NCBI GenBank assembly: GCA_964235515.1
Contig: CAXSBL010000006.1
Span: 3,186 to 67,185, forward strand
Length of the DNA: 64,000 nt
Direction of reading: 5' to 3'
From: an uncultured Bryocella sp.
GTDB taxonomy: Bacteria; Acidobacteriota; Terriglobia; Terriglobales; Acidobacteriaceae
The notes beneath the pieces are model-generated. The model saw only the letters and a program-made list of their open reading frames with translations. It did not search any database and was not told the DNA's origin. Both the position numbers and the translations under genes were made by a program. Shown in pieces: positions 17,351 to 26,633 of the stretch (the first letter of the stretch is position 1; each line of letters opens with the position of its first letter).

Positions 17351-19789
17351 ATGCAAGATGTAACCGTCGAGCTTGCCGGTGGCAAGCAGATCAAGTTTGA
17401 GACGGGGCGCCTGGCTAAACAGGCCTCAGGAGCAGCTTTCACAACCAGCGGCGACAACGCCGTTCTCGCCACCGCCGTTGCCTCGCCGGAGCCCAAAGAA
17501 GGCATCGACTTCTTTCCTCTGACGGTGGAGTACCGGGAGTTCACCTATGCGGGTGGACGCATTCCAGGTGGATTTATCAAGCGGGAGGGCCGTCCGAGCG
17601 AGAAAGAGATTCTGACGAGCCGCCAGATTGATCGCCCGATCCGTCCCCTGTTTCCGGAGACCTTCCGTAATGAGACTCAGGTCGTCGCATTTGTGTACTC
17701 GGCCGACAAGGCAAATGATCCTGACGTGCTGGGCATCAACGCTGCGAGTTGCGCTCTGGCGCTGAGCGACATCCCGTTCCACGGCCCAGTGGGCGCGGTG
17801 CGCATCGGCATCGTCGACGGCAAATTCGTCGTAAACCCGACGTATGCCGAACGCCTTGCGAGCACCCTGAACATCATGGTGGTCGGTACAGAGGCCGGCA
17901 TCACGATGATCGAGTCCGGTGCGCGTGAGATCTCGGAGGAGCGCGTCGTTGAGGCGATCGAGTTTGCACACACCGAGATCAAGAAGATCGTAGCTGCAAT
18001 CAAGGACCTGGCGAGCCGAGCAGGCAAGCAGAAGCGCCAGGTGGCCGAGATCGAATTAGATCAGGCCTATGCGGACGAGCTACAGGGTAAGGTAGGCGAC
18101 AGGCTGAAGGATGCGCTGAACACGGAGAAGTATCCGAAGTTCGAGAGCTACGCCAAGGTGAAAGAGCTCAAAGATGAGCTTAAAAAGGACCTGCCGGATG
18201 GTGATGCCGGGGCCGGCAAGAAGCTCTCAAGGTATTACGAGTTGTTGCGCGAGCGCATCTTCCGTGAGCAAGTACTGAATGAGCGTATTCGTCCGGATCA
18301 TCGCGCATTCAATCAGATTCGCAAGGTAACAATCGAGACCGGCGTGCTGCCGAGGGTGCATGGATCGGCTCTCTTTACCCGGGGCGAGACGCAAGCGCTG
18401 GTTGCGGCCACCCTTGGAACCACCGATGACGCACAACGGATGGAAAGCTACGAGGGCGAACAAAAGCGTCGCTTCATGCTGCACTACAACTTCCCACCCT
18501 TTTCAGTGGGTGAGGTGGGTCGTATGACCGGTGTTGGCCGTCGCGAGATTGGTCATGGGGCTCTGGCGTGGCGGGCAATCGAGGCGGTTTTGCCAGGGGA
18601 AGACGAGTCGCCGTATACCTTGCGGGTTGTTTCGGACATCCTGGAGTCGAATGGGTCGTCGTCCATGGCGACGGTGTGCGGCGCTTCGCTGGCCTTGATG
18701 CAGGCAGGTATTCCGCTGAAGGGCTCGGTTGCCGGTGTGGCGATGGGTCTGGTCAAGGAAGGCGATAACTACGCCATTCTGAGCGATATTGCCGGAGCGG
18801 AAGATCACTACGGCGACATGGACTTCAAGGTTGCCGGCACCCGGAACGGCATTACCGCGCTGCAGATGGACATCAAGATCATGGGGATCACTGCCCAGAT
18901 CATGCGTGAGGCCCTGGAACAAGCACGACAGGGACGCCTGTTCCTACTGGACACGATGGACGCGGTGATCTCCGGTGCTAACCAGGAAACCTCGCAGTTC
19001 GCTCCACGCATTCACACCTTGCAGATCCCGACGGACAAGATCCGTGACCTGATCGGACCTGGCGGTAAGACCATTCGTGGAATTATCGATGCGACCGGCG
19101 TCAAGATCGACGTTGAGGACTCAGGCCGCGTCAATGTGGCTTCGAGTGATGCAGACGGTCTGGCCAAGGCTATACAGATGATCAGTGATCTTACCGCAGT
19201 TCCCGAGGTGGGCAGGACCTATCTGGGCAAGGTGGTTCGGTTGGCCGAGTTTGGCGCCTTTGTTGAGATTTTCCCAGGAACGGATGGGCTTCTGCACGTG
19301 TCCGAGATCGCGGAGCATCGCGTGAAGGAAGTGAAGGACGAACTTCGTGATGGCGATCAGGTGTTAGTGAAGGTGCTCGCAATCGAGGGCAATCGCATTA
19401 AGCTGAGTCGTAAGGCCGTGCTGCGCGAGCAGCGTGCGAAGTTGGGTCTGCCCGAAGTACAGGAAGCTGGCTCCGATGGAGGTCGTAGCCGTGCCGATGG
19501 AAGTGGCGCGGAGCGGAGCAGCCGGCCAGAGGCGCCGAAGCCGCAGGACACGATCACCATCGAAGGAGGCGACGACTTCGATGACGACGAGGATGACGAC
19601 GAGTTGGATCTGGATCTTGAGGGAGACGAGGAGTTATCCGAAGATGGGAATGCTGTTCCCGCCCAAGATGGCTCAGCGAATCCGGCTCAGGGTGGAGACC
19701 GGGCGGCTGGAACCAACCCACGCCGCCGTCGTCGCCGCGGGCGTCGTTCAGGAACCGGGGGAGCTGCTCCGCAAGGTGGAGCGGCTTAG
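17351..19789 (+). CDS. pnp: Polyribonucleotide nucleotidyltransferase with long C-terminal tail
   Basis: FFPLTVEY, RREIGHG, LESNGSSS, GDMDFKVAG, KH and S1 domains; follows rpsO. Confidence 0.98.
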   Translation: MQDVTVELAGGKQIKFETGRLAKQASGAAFTTSGDNAVLATAVASPEPKEGIDFFPLTVEYREFTYAGGRIPGGFIKREGRPSEKEILTSRQIDRPIRPLFPETFRNETQVVAFVYSADKANDPDVLGINAASCALALSDIPFHGPVGAVRIGIVDGKFVVNPTYAERLASTLNIMVVGTEAGITMIESGAREISEERVVEAIEFAHTEIKKIVAAIKDLASRAGKQKRQVAEIELDQAYADELQGKVGDRLKDALNTEKYPKFESYAKVKELKDELKKDLPDGDAGAGKKLSRYYELLRERIFREQVLNERIRPDHRAFNQIRKVTIETGVLPRVHGSALFTRGETQALVAATLGTTDDAQRMESYEGEQKRRFMLHYNFPPFSVGEVGRMTGVGRREIGHGALAWRAIEAVLPGEDESPYTLRVVSDILESNGSSSMATVCGASLALMQAGIPLKGSVAGVAMGLVKEGDNYAILSDIAGAEDHYGDMDFKVAGTRNGITALQMDIKIMGITAQIMREALEQARQGRLFLLDTMDAVISGANQETSQFAPRIHTLQIPTDKIRDLIGPGGKTIRGIIDATGVKIDVEDSGRVNVASSDADGLAKAIQMISDLTAVPEVGRTYLGKVVRLAEFGAFVEIFPGTDGLLHVSEIAEHRVKEVKDELRDGDQVLVKVLAIEGNRIKLSRKAVLREQRAKLGLPEVQEAGSDGGRSRADGSGAERSSRPEAPKPQDTITIEGGDDFDDDEDDDELDLDLEGDEELSEDGNAVPAQDGSANPAQGGDRAAGTNPRRRRRRGRRSGTGGAAPQGGAA

Positions 19790-19809
19790 GTAAAGCGAAT
19801 CAAAAGAGG

Positions 19810-19839
19810 AACCGCGCCGTTGGCTGGCGCGGTTTTCTT
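19810..19839 (+). terminator. Rho-independent terminator after pnp
   Basis: AACCGCGCC-gttggct-GGCGCGGTT followed by TTCTT. Confidence 0.7.
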
Positions 19840-19849
19840 GCGTAAGAGC

Positions 19850-20785
19850 ATGAACATCACCGGGACAGAACGCGCACGTGGGCAGGCGGGCCCGGGCTCC
19901 TGGCTGCGGTGCTGGCCCATGGGTTTACTCTGCTGTCTGGAAGGCAGCCGTTGGTTGCTGGAAGAGTCTCTGCCGGTGACTCGTCCAACGTTGCTTTCTG
20001 CCGCAGCAGGTTGCGCGATGGCTGCGGTCATCGTCGTTGTCTGGAGGACGCTGCGGAGGCGGCGAGGTCAATCGTCGGAGCTTGTCTTCCAGCAGCGCGG
20101 TCAGGGTGAGGGTCAACGGTCCGTGGCTGCGGCTCTTCTGGTGACAAGCCCCGCGCTTGGCGGGGCCATCTCTGACCGGCACTTGAACGCGAATGTAGCG
20201 ACGATCGCGTTAGCCCTGACGCCCGCGGTGGTCGCCGTGGCAGTGACAGCTGCGAGGACCAACGATGAGCTGGCCGGGCTACTTTGGCCGGGGCTGGCGG
20301 GTACTGCGGGCCTGCTCTTGCTGCTACCGGAACCGAGTCTCTCATCGTGGCGAATGGACGTAGCCCTAGCGGCGATGCCCCTGCTTTCTGGAGTCATGAG
20401 TGTCTTCCTGACCTCGGGTGATTCAGCACTCCGTGAAGGTGGGAGTCACGCAGCTGGTCGGCATAACCGTTGGATTGAGCGAGGCCTGCTGCTGGCGGCG
20501 GTTCTGTTTGCTCTGGCTCTGCTGCCGAAGCTGCACATTCACGAAGAGATGGTGTTCTCCTGGGCTGCGAGCGCGGTGGATGGCATGGTGTCGTTGCTAA
20601 CACTCTGGACACTGCAGCGCGTGGGAGCTGTGCGGTGGTCGGCGCAGTTTCTCCTCACGCCGTTTGTGACGATTGCTGAGGGTGTGGCCCTGCTGCGACC
20701 GGCGTTAACGGCCCGGTCCTGGGTTGGTCTCTTTCTGCTCATGCTGGGTGGGGTTTATCTGCTCGTGCCGCGATCTGAAAGCTGA
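19850..20785 (+). CDS. Multi-pass membrane protein, divergent EamA/DMT-like
   Basis: About 10 hydrophobic segments; C-terminal AQFLLTPFVTIAEG...WVGLFLLMLGG is EamA-like; start uncertain. Confidence 0.5.
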   Translation: MNITGTERARGQAGPGSWLRCWPMGLLCCLEGSRWLLEESLPVTRPTLLSAAAGCAMAAVIVVVWRTLRRRRGQSSELVFQQRGQGEGQRSVAAALLVTSPALGGAISDRHLNANVATIALALTPAVVAVAVTAARTNDELAGLLWPGLAGTAGLLLLLPEPSLSSWRMDVALAAMPLLSGVMSVFLTSGDSALREGGSHAAGRHNRWIERGLLLAAVLFALALLPKLHIHEEMVFSWAASAVDGMVSLLTLWTLQRVGAVRWSAQFLLTPFVTIAEGVALLRPALTARSWVGLFLLMLGGVYLLVPRSES

Positions 20786-20869
20786 ATCGGAGCAATGGTG
20801 GTCAAGTAAGTTGCCCTTCGAGTTTGCCTGGTGGCGCGGGCGAGGGAAGTGCTTCTGTACACTCCATCC

Positions 20870-21280
20870 ATGGCCGCTTCCATGTACATCGTCGTTGAGG
20901 GCGAGGATCCTGGATTTGATATCTACGTGAATGGGCGGGCGCTGGCCCGGCAGGAGGCGGCGCTAGAGCGCCTGGCGCACACCTTGGGCGTGCGGCCGCT
21001 CCTGGATTTCTTCTCCGCCGATGAAAACTCCATGGCGCTGCTGATCCAGGAGGGTGTCGGCAATCCGGAGCTGCTCCACCGTTTGCCACCGCCTCAGTGG
21101 TTTCAACCTGCGGACGGATTGACGACAATTCGGGAGCTGATCCTGGCGCTGAAGATGGAACCACGGCGTATCGGCAAAGAAGGCGCCAGCGCTCTTAGTG
21201 AGCTTGTGGAGTATGAGGGCGTTTTGCGAAAAGCCGAAGAACGGGGCATGCGATGGCATCTGGCGTTCAGTTGGCGGTGA
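20870..21280 (+). CDS. Hypothetical protein
   Basis: MAASMYIVVEGEDPGFDIYVNG...; natural composition, fills the gap between genes. Confidence 0.6.
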   Translation: MAASMYIVVEGEDPGFDIYVNGRALARQEAALERLAHTLGVRPLLDFFSADENSMALLIQEGVGNPELLHRLPPPQWFQPADGLTTIRELILALKMEPRRIGKEGASALSELVEYEGVLRKAEERGMRWHLAFSWR

Positions 21281-21327
21281 ACGCCAAGTACGCCGCAGGC
21301 CCTAAGCGAATCTGCGAAACACTGGCT

Positions 21328-21732
21328 CTAATTGAAGCTCGGGGTCTCAGTCGAGGTCGGGGCGGCCGCCAGGGCAGTATTATTCGGTCCCAAACCCAGT
21401 TTGATGAGCGCACGCGAGTCCGGTACCAGCTTGGTCTGCCAGCCGTTATCGCCCTGCATCTTCTGCATAGCGGCGTAGCTGGCGGCATCCCAGCTGCCGG
21501 TGGGCTCTCCGGCTAGATATCCGCGCTGGATAAGAGCGGACTGGATTTCGATAGCTCGTTCGGAGCTCATGCTCGGAATGGCAGTGCGCTCAACGTGACG
21601 CACATGGAGAGAAGCCGCGTGGTGCATCACGGCGTGGGAGGAGGCGCGATGGTGAGGATGAACCGCGGCGAACCCACAAGTCGTACAGAGTAGAAGACTG
21701 ACCGGAAGGAGCCGAAAGCAGTTCAAACGCAT
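21328..21732 (-). CDS. Secreted protein with a peptidoglycan-binding-like domain
   Basis: Signal peptide; IEIQSALIQRGYLAGEPTGSWDAASYAAMQKMQGDNGW resembles PG_binding_1. Confidence 0.65.
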   Translation of the reverse strand: MRLNCFRLLPVSLLLCTTCGFAAVHPHHRASSHAVMHHAASLHVRHVERTAIPSMSSERAIEIQSALIQRGYLAGEPTGSWDAASYAAMQKMQGDNGWQTKLVPDSRALIKLGLGPNNTALAAAPTSTETPSFN

Positions 21733-21840
21733 GCGTGTACCTCTTGCGATGGAGTGGGCGGTTGCAAGCCCTCCCGACGAACTTGAGGTTACTCCTTGTG
21801 GGGAAGGACGACAAGTGGCGAGGGTTGCAGAAAGGAAGAC

Positions 21841-21873
21841 AAAAGAGGACCCCGGCTAAGTCCCGGGGCCCTT
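21841..21873 (-). terminator. Rho-independent terminator after degP
   Basis: Minus strand GGGCCCCGG-gacttag-CCGGGGTCC followed by TCTTTT. Confidence 0.65.
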
Positions 21874-21891
21874 CTCGGACAGGTAAGGATC

Positions 21892-23568
21892 CTACTGCAG
21901 AGTTCCGCCACGGTACGTATCACCGCCGGCCGGGTTGTGTGGGTCGCGTACGACGAAGACCACGTCATCCCCGGGTTTAAGGGCGGAGACGAGAGCGCGG
22001 TAATCGGCTTCATTGGTAACGGGCTTGCGGTTGATTTCGACGATCACGTCGCCCGGCTGCAAGGAAATTTGCTCGGCAAAGGAACCGGGACGCACGGCGG
22101 TGACGGTTACGCCGCCGCGGGCACCCACCTTGGACAGGGTTTCCGGCTTGGTAGGCTGCTCGGTCAGCCCAAGTTTCACCTGGCCGGCATCAGCCGAAGC
22201 TGAAGGTGTACTCTCCGCATTGGCCGCGTCCTGGTTGAACAGCTTGGAGCGATCCGTGACGGCGACCTCAACCGATTCCTTCTTGCCGTCGCGTAGATAG
22301 CCTATGTTGATGCGTGTACCGGGCGCCTTGGCAGAGACGATCGAGATGAGCGTGTCGCCATCCTTGATGGGCTGGCCATCAATGGAGACGATGACGTCCT
22401 TAGGCTGGAGGCCCGCCTTTGCCGCCGGACCATTCGGTGTGACCAGGCTGATGATGACGCCGCCGCCCGAGAAGCCGTACATGCGGCTGACTGCGGAGGA
22501 CTGCATCGCCTGAAACTGAATACCGATGGATCCTCGCGTGACCATGTGCGTGGGCGAAATCAGCTGGTTATAGACGTTGATGAGCAGGTTGGACGGCAGG
22601 GCGAAGCCGACGCCTTCAGAGCCGGCCGACTGGGTGTAAATGGCAGTGTTCATGCCGATTACTTCGCCGGCCATATCGACCAGCGGACCACCGGAGTTGC
22701 CGGGGTTAATCGCGGCATCAGTCTGGATGAAGTGCTGAAAGGTGGACTGGTCGATTCCGCCAGCGCCTTGCTCCAGATCGGAACCGGCGCGGTTGATGGC
22801 AGAGACGATGCCGGCGGAGACGGTCTTGGAGAGACCGAACGGGCTGCCGATGGCAAGAACCCAATCGCCAACCTGGGCGCTTGTGGAGTTACCCAGCTTT
22901 ATGGTCGGCAGGGGCTCCTTGGCATCGATCTTGATGACTGCGATGTCCGTGGACGGGTCGGCACCGACGACGTGCGCGGGGCGCCCTTGGTCCATGCTGT
23001 CGTCCGGGTCGGTCGAGAGCTTCACGTAGATGTGATCTGCTTTGTCGATCACATGATTATTGGTGATGATGTAGCCGCGAGGATCGACGATGAAGCCGGA
23101 TCCCAAGGCGCGACGGGTGCTCATATCCGGCTGCCCGCCACCCTGACCACCGAAGAAGTGGTTGAAAAAGTCCTGCATGTTGTTGCCGTTGTTGCCGTTG
23201 CCGTCGTCATCATTCTCGCCGCCGTTGGGAGCACCGGGCTGTCCATCCGGCAGACCACGGCGGTTGCGCCGTCCTGGAGTCTGCTGCTTCGGGGTGGATT
23301 CGGTGTTGATGTTCACAACGGCGGGGCCGACCTGCTTGGCAATCGCCGAGAAACCATTGGAGAGGTTGACGGGCGATGGAATGGCCAGCTGGTGGGCGTC
23401 ACTGGAGTCGATCCGCTGGGCCTCCTTGCCACTGACCTTGCCCGTGAGCAGAGAACCCGCAAGGATGAGGACCGAGCAGGCCCCCAGCGCAGTAAAGGTG
23501 GTAGCCGGGGTGAGGCGACGGCGAATGCGCAGCGGGGAATCGCCTTCAGGGTTGTGCAGGGATGCCAT
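21892..23568 (-). CDS. degP: DegP/HtrA serine protease with two PDZ domains
   Basis: LGSGFI, TNNHV, TDIAV, TDAAINPGNSGGPL; start trimmed to ATG 23568. Confidence 0.92.
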   Translation of the reverse strand: MASLHNPEGDSPLRIRRRLTPATTFTALGACSVLILAGSLLTGKVSGKEAQRIDSSDAHQLAIPSPVNLSNGFSAIAKQVGPAVVNINTESTPKQQTPGRRNRRGLPDGQPGAPNGGENDDDGNGNNGNNMQDFFNHFFGGQGGGQPDMSTRRALGSGFIVDPRGYIITNNHVIDKADHIYVKLSTDPDDSMDQGRPAHVVGADPSTDIAVIKIDAKEPLPTIKLGNSTSAQVGDWVLAIGSPFGLSKTVSAGIVSAINRAGSDLEQGAGGIDQSTFQHFIQTDAAINPGNSGGPLVDMAGEVIGMNTAIYTQSAGSEGVGFALPSNLLINVYNQLISPTHMVTRGSIGIQFQAMQSSAVSRMYGFSGGGVIISLVTPNGPAAKAGLQPKDVIVSIDGQPIKDGDTLISIVSAKAPGTRINIGYLRDGKKESVEVAVTDRSKLFNQDAANAESTPSASADAGQVKLGLTEQPTKPETLSKVGARGGVTVTAVRPGSFAEQISLQPGDVIVEINRKPVTNEADYRALVSALKPGDDVVFVVRDPHNPAGGDTYRGGTLQ

Positions 23569-23702
23569 GATCTTTTCTTTCCTCTGGGACTTTCTCTTTG
23601 GATCCAGGACGTGCCGGGAACGGAGCTCTCTCCGGGCAAGTCTTTGGAGCAACGGATACATAGACGCGTTTTTGCAACAAAGGTCGCTCAAAGACGCGGG
23701 CG

Positions 23703-24656
23703 CTAAGGCTCTAAGGGTAGGATACCCGCCTGGATCACTGCGGTTGGCCCGAGTTCAGCCAAGATGATGCCGCCCAGTATCAAAACGGCACCGCTTATGC
23801 CACGAGGTCCAAGATGCTCGCCGAGAAAGACTAACGAGGCGAGCCCGGCAAAGACCGGCTCCAACGTGAAGATCAGCGCGGTGTGGGTGGGGGGCACGTG
23901 GGCCTGCGCCCAACTTTGGATGGTGAAGGCGGCGGCGGTGGCGAAGACGGAGGTGATGCCGAGCGCCCAGAGTACCGTCGGCGTGGGGTTTAGAAAGGGG
24001 TGCCGCTCGAGGGGCAAGAGGAAGAGCATGACCACGGCGGCGACGGCGATCTGCAGCGTGCCGAGGACGCGGGCGTCCACCGTGCCCGCCGCACGGGCGA
24101 GCAGCAGGAGGTGAAAGGCAAAGGCGAAGGCGCAGGCCAGCGTGAGCCATTCTCCGGCGTGCATACCGGCGAGCAGCGCCCAGCCTGCACCAGGCTGGCT
24201 GGTGAGCAGGACCAGACCGGCGAAGGCGAGGACGGCACCGGCGAAGGCGAGCCGGTGAGGCCGAGGTGCTCCCGGGACACGGATGCCCGGCAGCGCGCTG
24301 AGGAGCGGTACCAGAACGACGACCAGGCCGGTGAGAAAGGCGGACTTTGAAGGGGTGGTGCGGGCGAGACCGGCGGTCTGAAACTCATAGCCGAACGAGA
24401 GCAGGACGCCGGCGGCGGCGCAGAGCTTCCATTGGGAACGGGTGAGGCCGCTGAGCCGTCGGCCATTGACGGCGAAGAGAAGCGCAGCCGCCAGGATCAT
24501 CCGGACCAGATTGAAGAGCAGGGGTGAGGCCTGGCCAAGGGCGGCCTTCGCGAGTGGAAAGGTCATGCCCCACAGGATGGCTACGGCGATCAGCAGCAGG
24601 TGCGCGGTGCGGCTTTGGGCCCTTGTGGTATTTGGGAGGGCTGCGCTCGGCACCAT
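23703..24656 (-). CDS. EamA/DMT transporter
   Basis: LWGMTFP, FQTAGL, ALIFTLEPVFA, LGEHL; two EamA repeats. Confidence 0.9.
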   Translation of the reverse strand: MVPSAALPNTTRAQSRTAHLLLIAVAILWGMTFPLAKAALGQASPLLFNLVRMILAAALLFAVNGRRLSGLTRSQWKLCAAAGVLLSFGYEFQTAGLARTTPSKSAFLTGLVVVLVPLLSALPGIRVPGAPRPHRLAFAGAVLAFAGLVLLTSQPGAGWALLAGMHAGEWLTLACAFAFAFHLLLLARAAGTVDARVLGTLQIAVAAVVMLFLLPLERHPFLNPTPTVLWALGITSVFATAAAFTIQSWAQAHVPPTHTALIFTLEPVFAGLASLVFLGEHLGPRGISGAVLILGGIILAELGPTAVIQAGILPLEP

Positions 24657-24657
24657 G

Positions 24658-26559
24658 CTAGTCTTCCACTCCGGTGCGGGGTGGCGGGTTCAGCAGACCC
24701 GTGGCGGAGGAACCTGCCTCGAAACGGGTGACGCCGCCGACCACGGTGCGGAGTACGCGTACCCCGAGCAGAGCCTGCGGGGAGGCCTTGGTGATGTCGC
24801 GGTCGAGGACGACCAGATCGGCGAGGTAGCCGGGTTCGAGTCGGCCTTTGATCCTTTCGCGAAACTCGGCAAAGGCTGATGCCTGCGTGTAGGCGTAGAG
24901 AGCTTCGTCCAGCGTGATCTTCTGCTCGGGATGAAAGGTTTTGGTGCCGGCTTCATTCTGGCGCGTGACTGCGGCGTACAGGCCGCGAAAGGGCGAGATG
25001 GATTCGACGGGGTAGTCGGTACCGAATGCGAGAGTGACACCGTGATCGAGAAACGAGCGCCAGGCGTAGGCGCGGGCCGAGCGCTCGGGGCCCAGACGAT
25101 CGCCGGCCCAGGCCATGTCGGTGAGCAGATGGCTGGGCTGCATGGAGGCGATGACGCCAAGGCGGGCGAAACGGTCAAAGGCGTCAGGGGAGACTACCTG
25201 GGCGTGTTCTATGCGGAAGCGGAAGTCTTTCGCTGCAAAGGGTCCGTCCCCGCAGGCATCTTCCGTTCTGCCCGGAAAATTGGTTTGGTGAGTAGCCCTT
25301 GCAGGGGCGTCGTTCACTTCACATTGGTAGTCCAGGACAGGCTTGCCGACCTGCTCGGCAGATTCAAACGCGTCGAGGGCGATGTCGTTGGCGCGGTCGC
25401 CGATGGCGTGGAAGCCGAGCTGGAAGCCGGCGGCGGCACGCTCGGCGGCCATCTGATTTACCTTTTCGGGGTCGAGACGGGGAATGCCGGAGTTTTCGGG
25501 ATCGTCGGTGTAGGGTTCGTTCAGAGCGGCGGTACGAGATCCTAAAGAGCCGTCCATGAAGGCTTTGAGCTGGGTGAGATGAAGTAATGGGTCAAGTGAG
25601 GGGTGAGAGTGACGGCGCTCTTCCAGGATCGGCAGCGGGAGGGTGAAATCGATCCATTCGGCGAAGCGCAGGGGGAGCTTACCGCTTTGCTCCCAGCCTT
25701 CGAGCACGAGCCAGTCCTCCCAGTCGGAGAAGTCCTGCACGCTGGTGACACCGTGGGCAAGGGCGTCCTGAATAGAGAGCGTGAGGGCACGTTTGCGGGT
25801 TTCGATGTCGGGTTTCGGGATGTGGTTCTGGAGCAAAAGCAGGGCTGGAGTTTCGCGGATAATGCCCGTGAGTTGGCCGGTGCTGTCGCGATCCAGCTTG
25901 CCGCCTTTTGGGTCGGGCGTCTCTGCAGAGAGGCCGGCTCCTTGCAGCGCCGCGGTGTTGGCAACGGCGATGTGGCCGTCGACACGGATCAGCAGCGCCG
26001 GATGGCCGGCTGTAACGGCGTCCAGATCCCGGCGAGAGGGAAGGGTGTGCGAGGGCCAGAGCGTATGGTCCCAGCCGCCCCCGAGGAGCCATTGGCCGGG
26101 TCTGGCTGTCGCGAGGTAGGAGCGAATACGGGATTGGGCGTCGGCGAGAGAGGTTGAACCGACGAGATCAATGTTCAGGCGTTGCTGGCCGGCCTGCGCC
26201 ATGTGCGTGTGAGCATCGTTGAAGCCGGGCATGGCGAAGGCGCCACGGAGGTCAATGACGGCGGTTCGCGGGCCCTTGAGGGCAAGGATTGCCGCATCAC
26301 TGCCGACGGCGGTGACGATGCCGTCGCGGATGGCGATAGCACTGACACGGCCGGGTACGGGATCGGGGTCGCCTGCGCGAAGCCGGGTGCCGGTGAGAAT
26401 GTCGCCGTGGATGAAAACGGTGTCTGGATAGATCTCCGGGGCGGAAGGAGGCGGGCCCGGGCTCTGAGAGTGCGCGGGGCTGGCACAGAGGGCCAAGGCA
26501 CAGAGCAGTGCTGGCATGAAAGTGAGTGGTCGCAGGATTTTCACTTGGGTTTGAGGCAC
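24658..26559 (-). CDS. Amidohydrolase family 3 (YtcJ-like), probably exported
   Basis: PGFNDAHTH, FMDGSLGSRTA, FHAIGDRA, RIEHAQ, FGTDYP, GRLEPGYLADLVVL. Confidence 0.9.
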   Translation of the reverse strand: MPQTQVKILRPLTFMPALLCALALCASPAHSQSPGPPPSAPEIYPDTVFIHGDILTGTRLRAGDPDPVPGRVSAIAIRDGIVTAVGSDAAILALKGPRTAVIDLRGAFAMPGFNDAHTHMAQAGQQRLNIDLVGSTSLADAQSRIRSYLATARPGQWLLGGGWDHTLWPSHTLPSRRDLDAVTAGHPALLIRVDGHIAVANTAALQGAGLSAETPDPKGGKLDRDSTGQLTGIIRETPALLLLQNHIPKPDIETRKRALTLSIQDALAHGVTSVQDFSDWEDWLVLEGWEQSGKLPLRFAEWIDFTLPLPILEERRHSHPSLDPLLHLTQLKAFMDGSLGSRTAALNEPYTDDPENSGIPRLDPEKVNQMAAERAAAGFQLGFHAIGDRANDIALDAFESAEQVGKPVLDYQCEVNDAPARATHQTNFPGRTEDACGDGPFAAKDFRFRIEHAQVVSPDAFDRFARLGVIASMQPSHLLTDMAWAGDRLGPERSARAYAWRSFLDHGVTLAFGTDYPVESISPFRGLYAAVTRQNEAGTKTFHPEQKITLDEALYAYTQASAFAEFRERIKGRLEPGYLADLVVLDRDITKASPQALLGVRVLRTVVGGVTRFEAGSSATGLLNPPPRTGVED

Positions 26560-26633
26560 TTACCTACTTTAGCGGAACATCTTTAGCGGAACATCGGGTC
26601 GGGTTCAGCCCGGCAAGCGTAACGCTGTCCAGC

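Noticed and set aside
22546-23706. Long antisense ORFs (also 1176-1946, 2088-2933, 37556-38685, 42197-43333 and others)
   Set aside because: Shadow ORFs typical of GC-rich coding DNA; they overlap well-supported genes and show no motifs.
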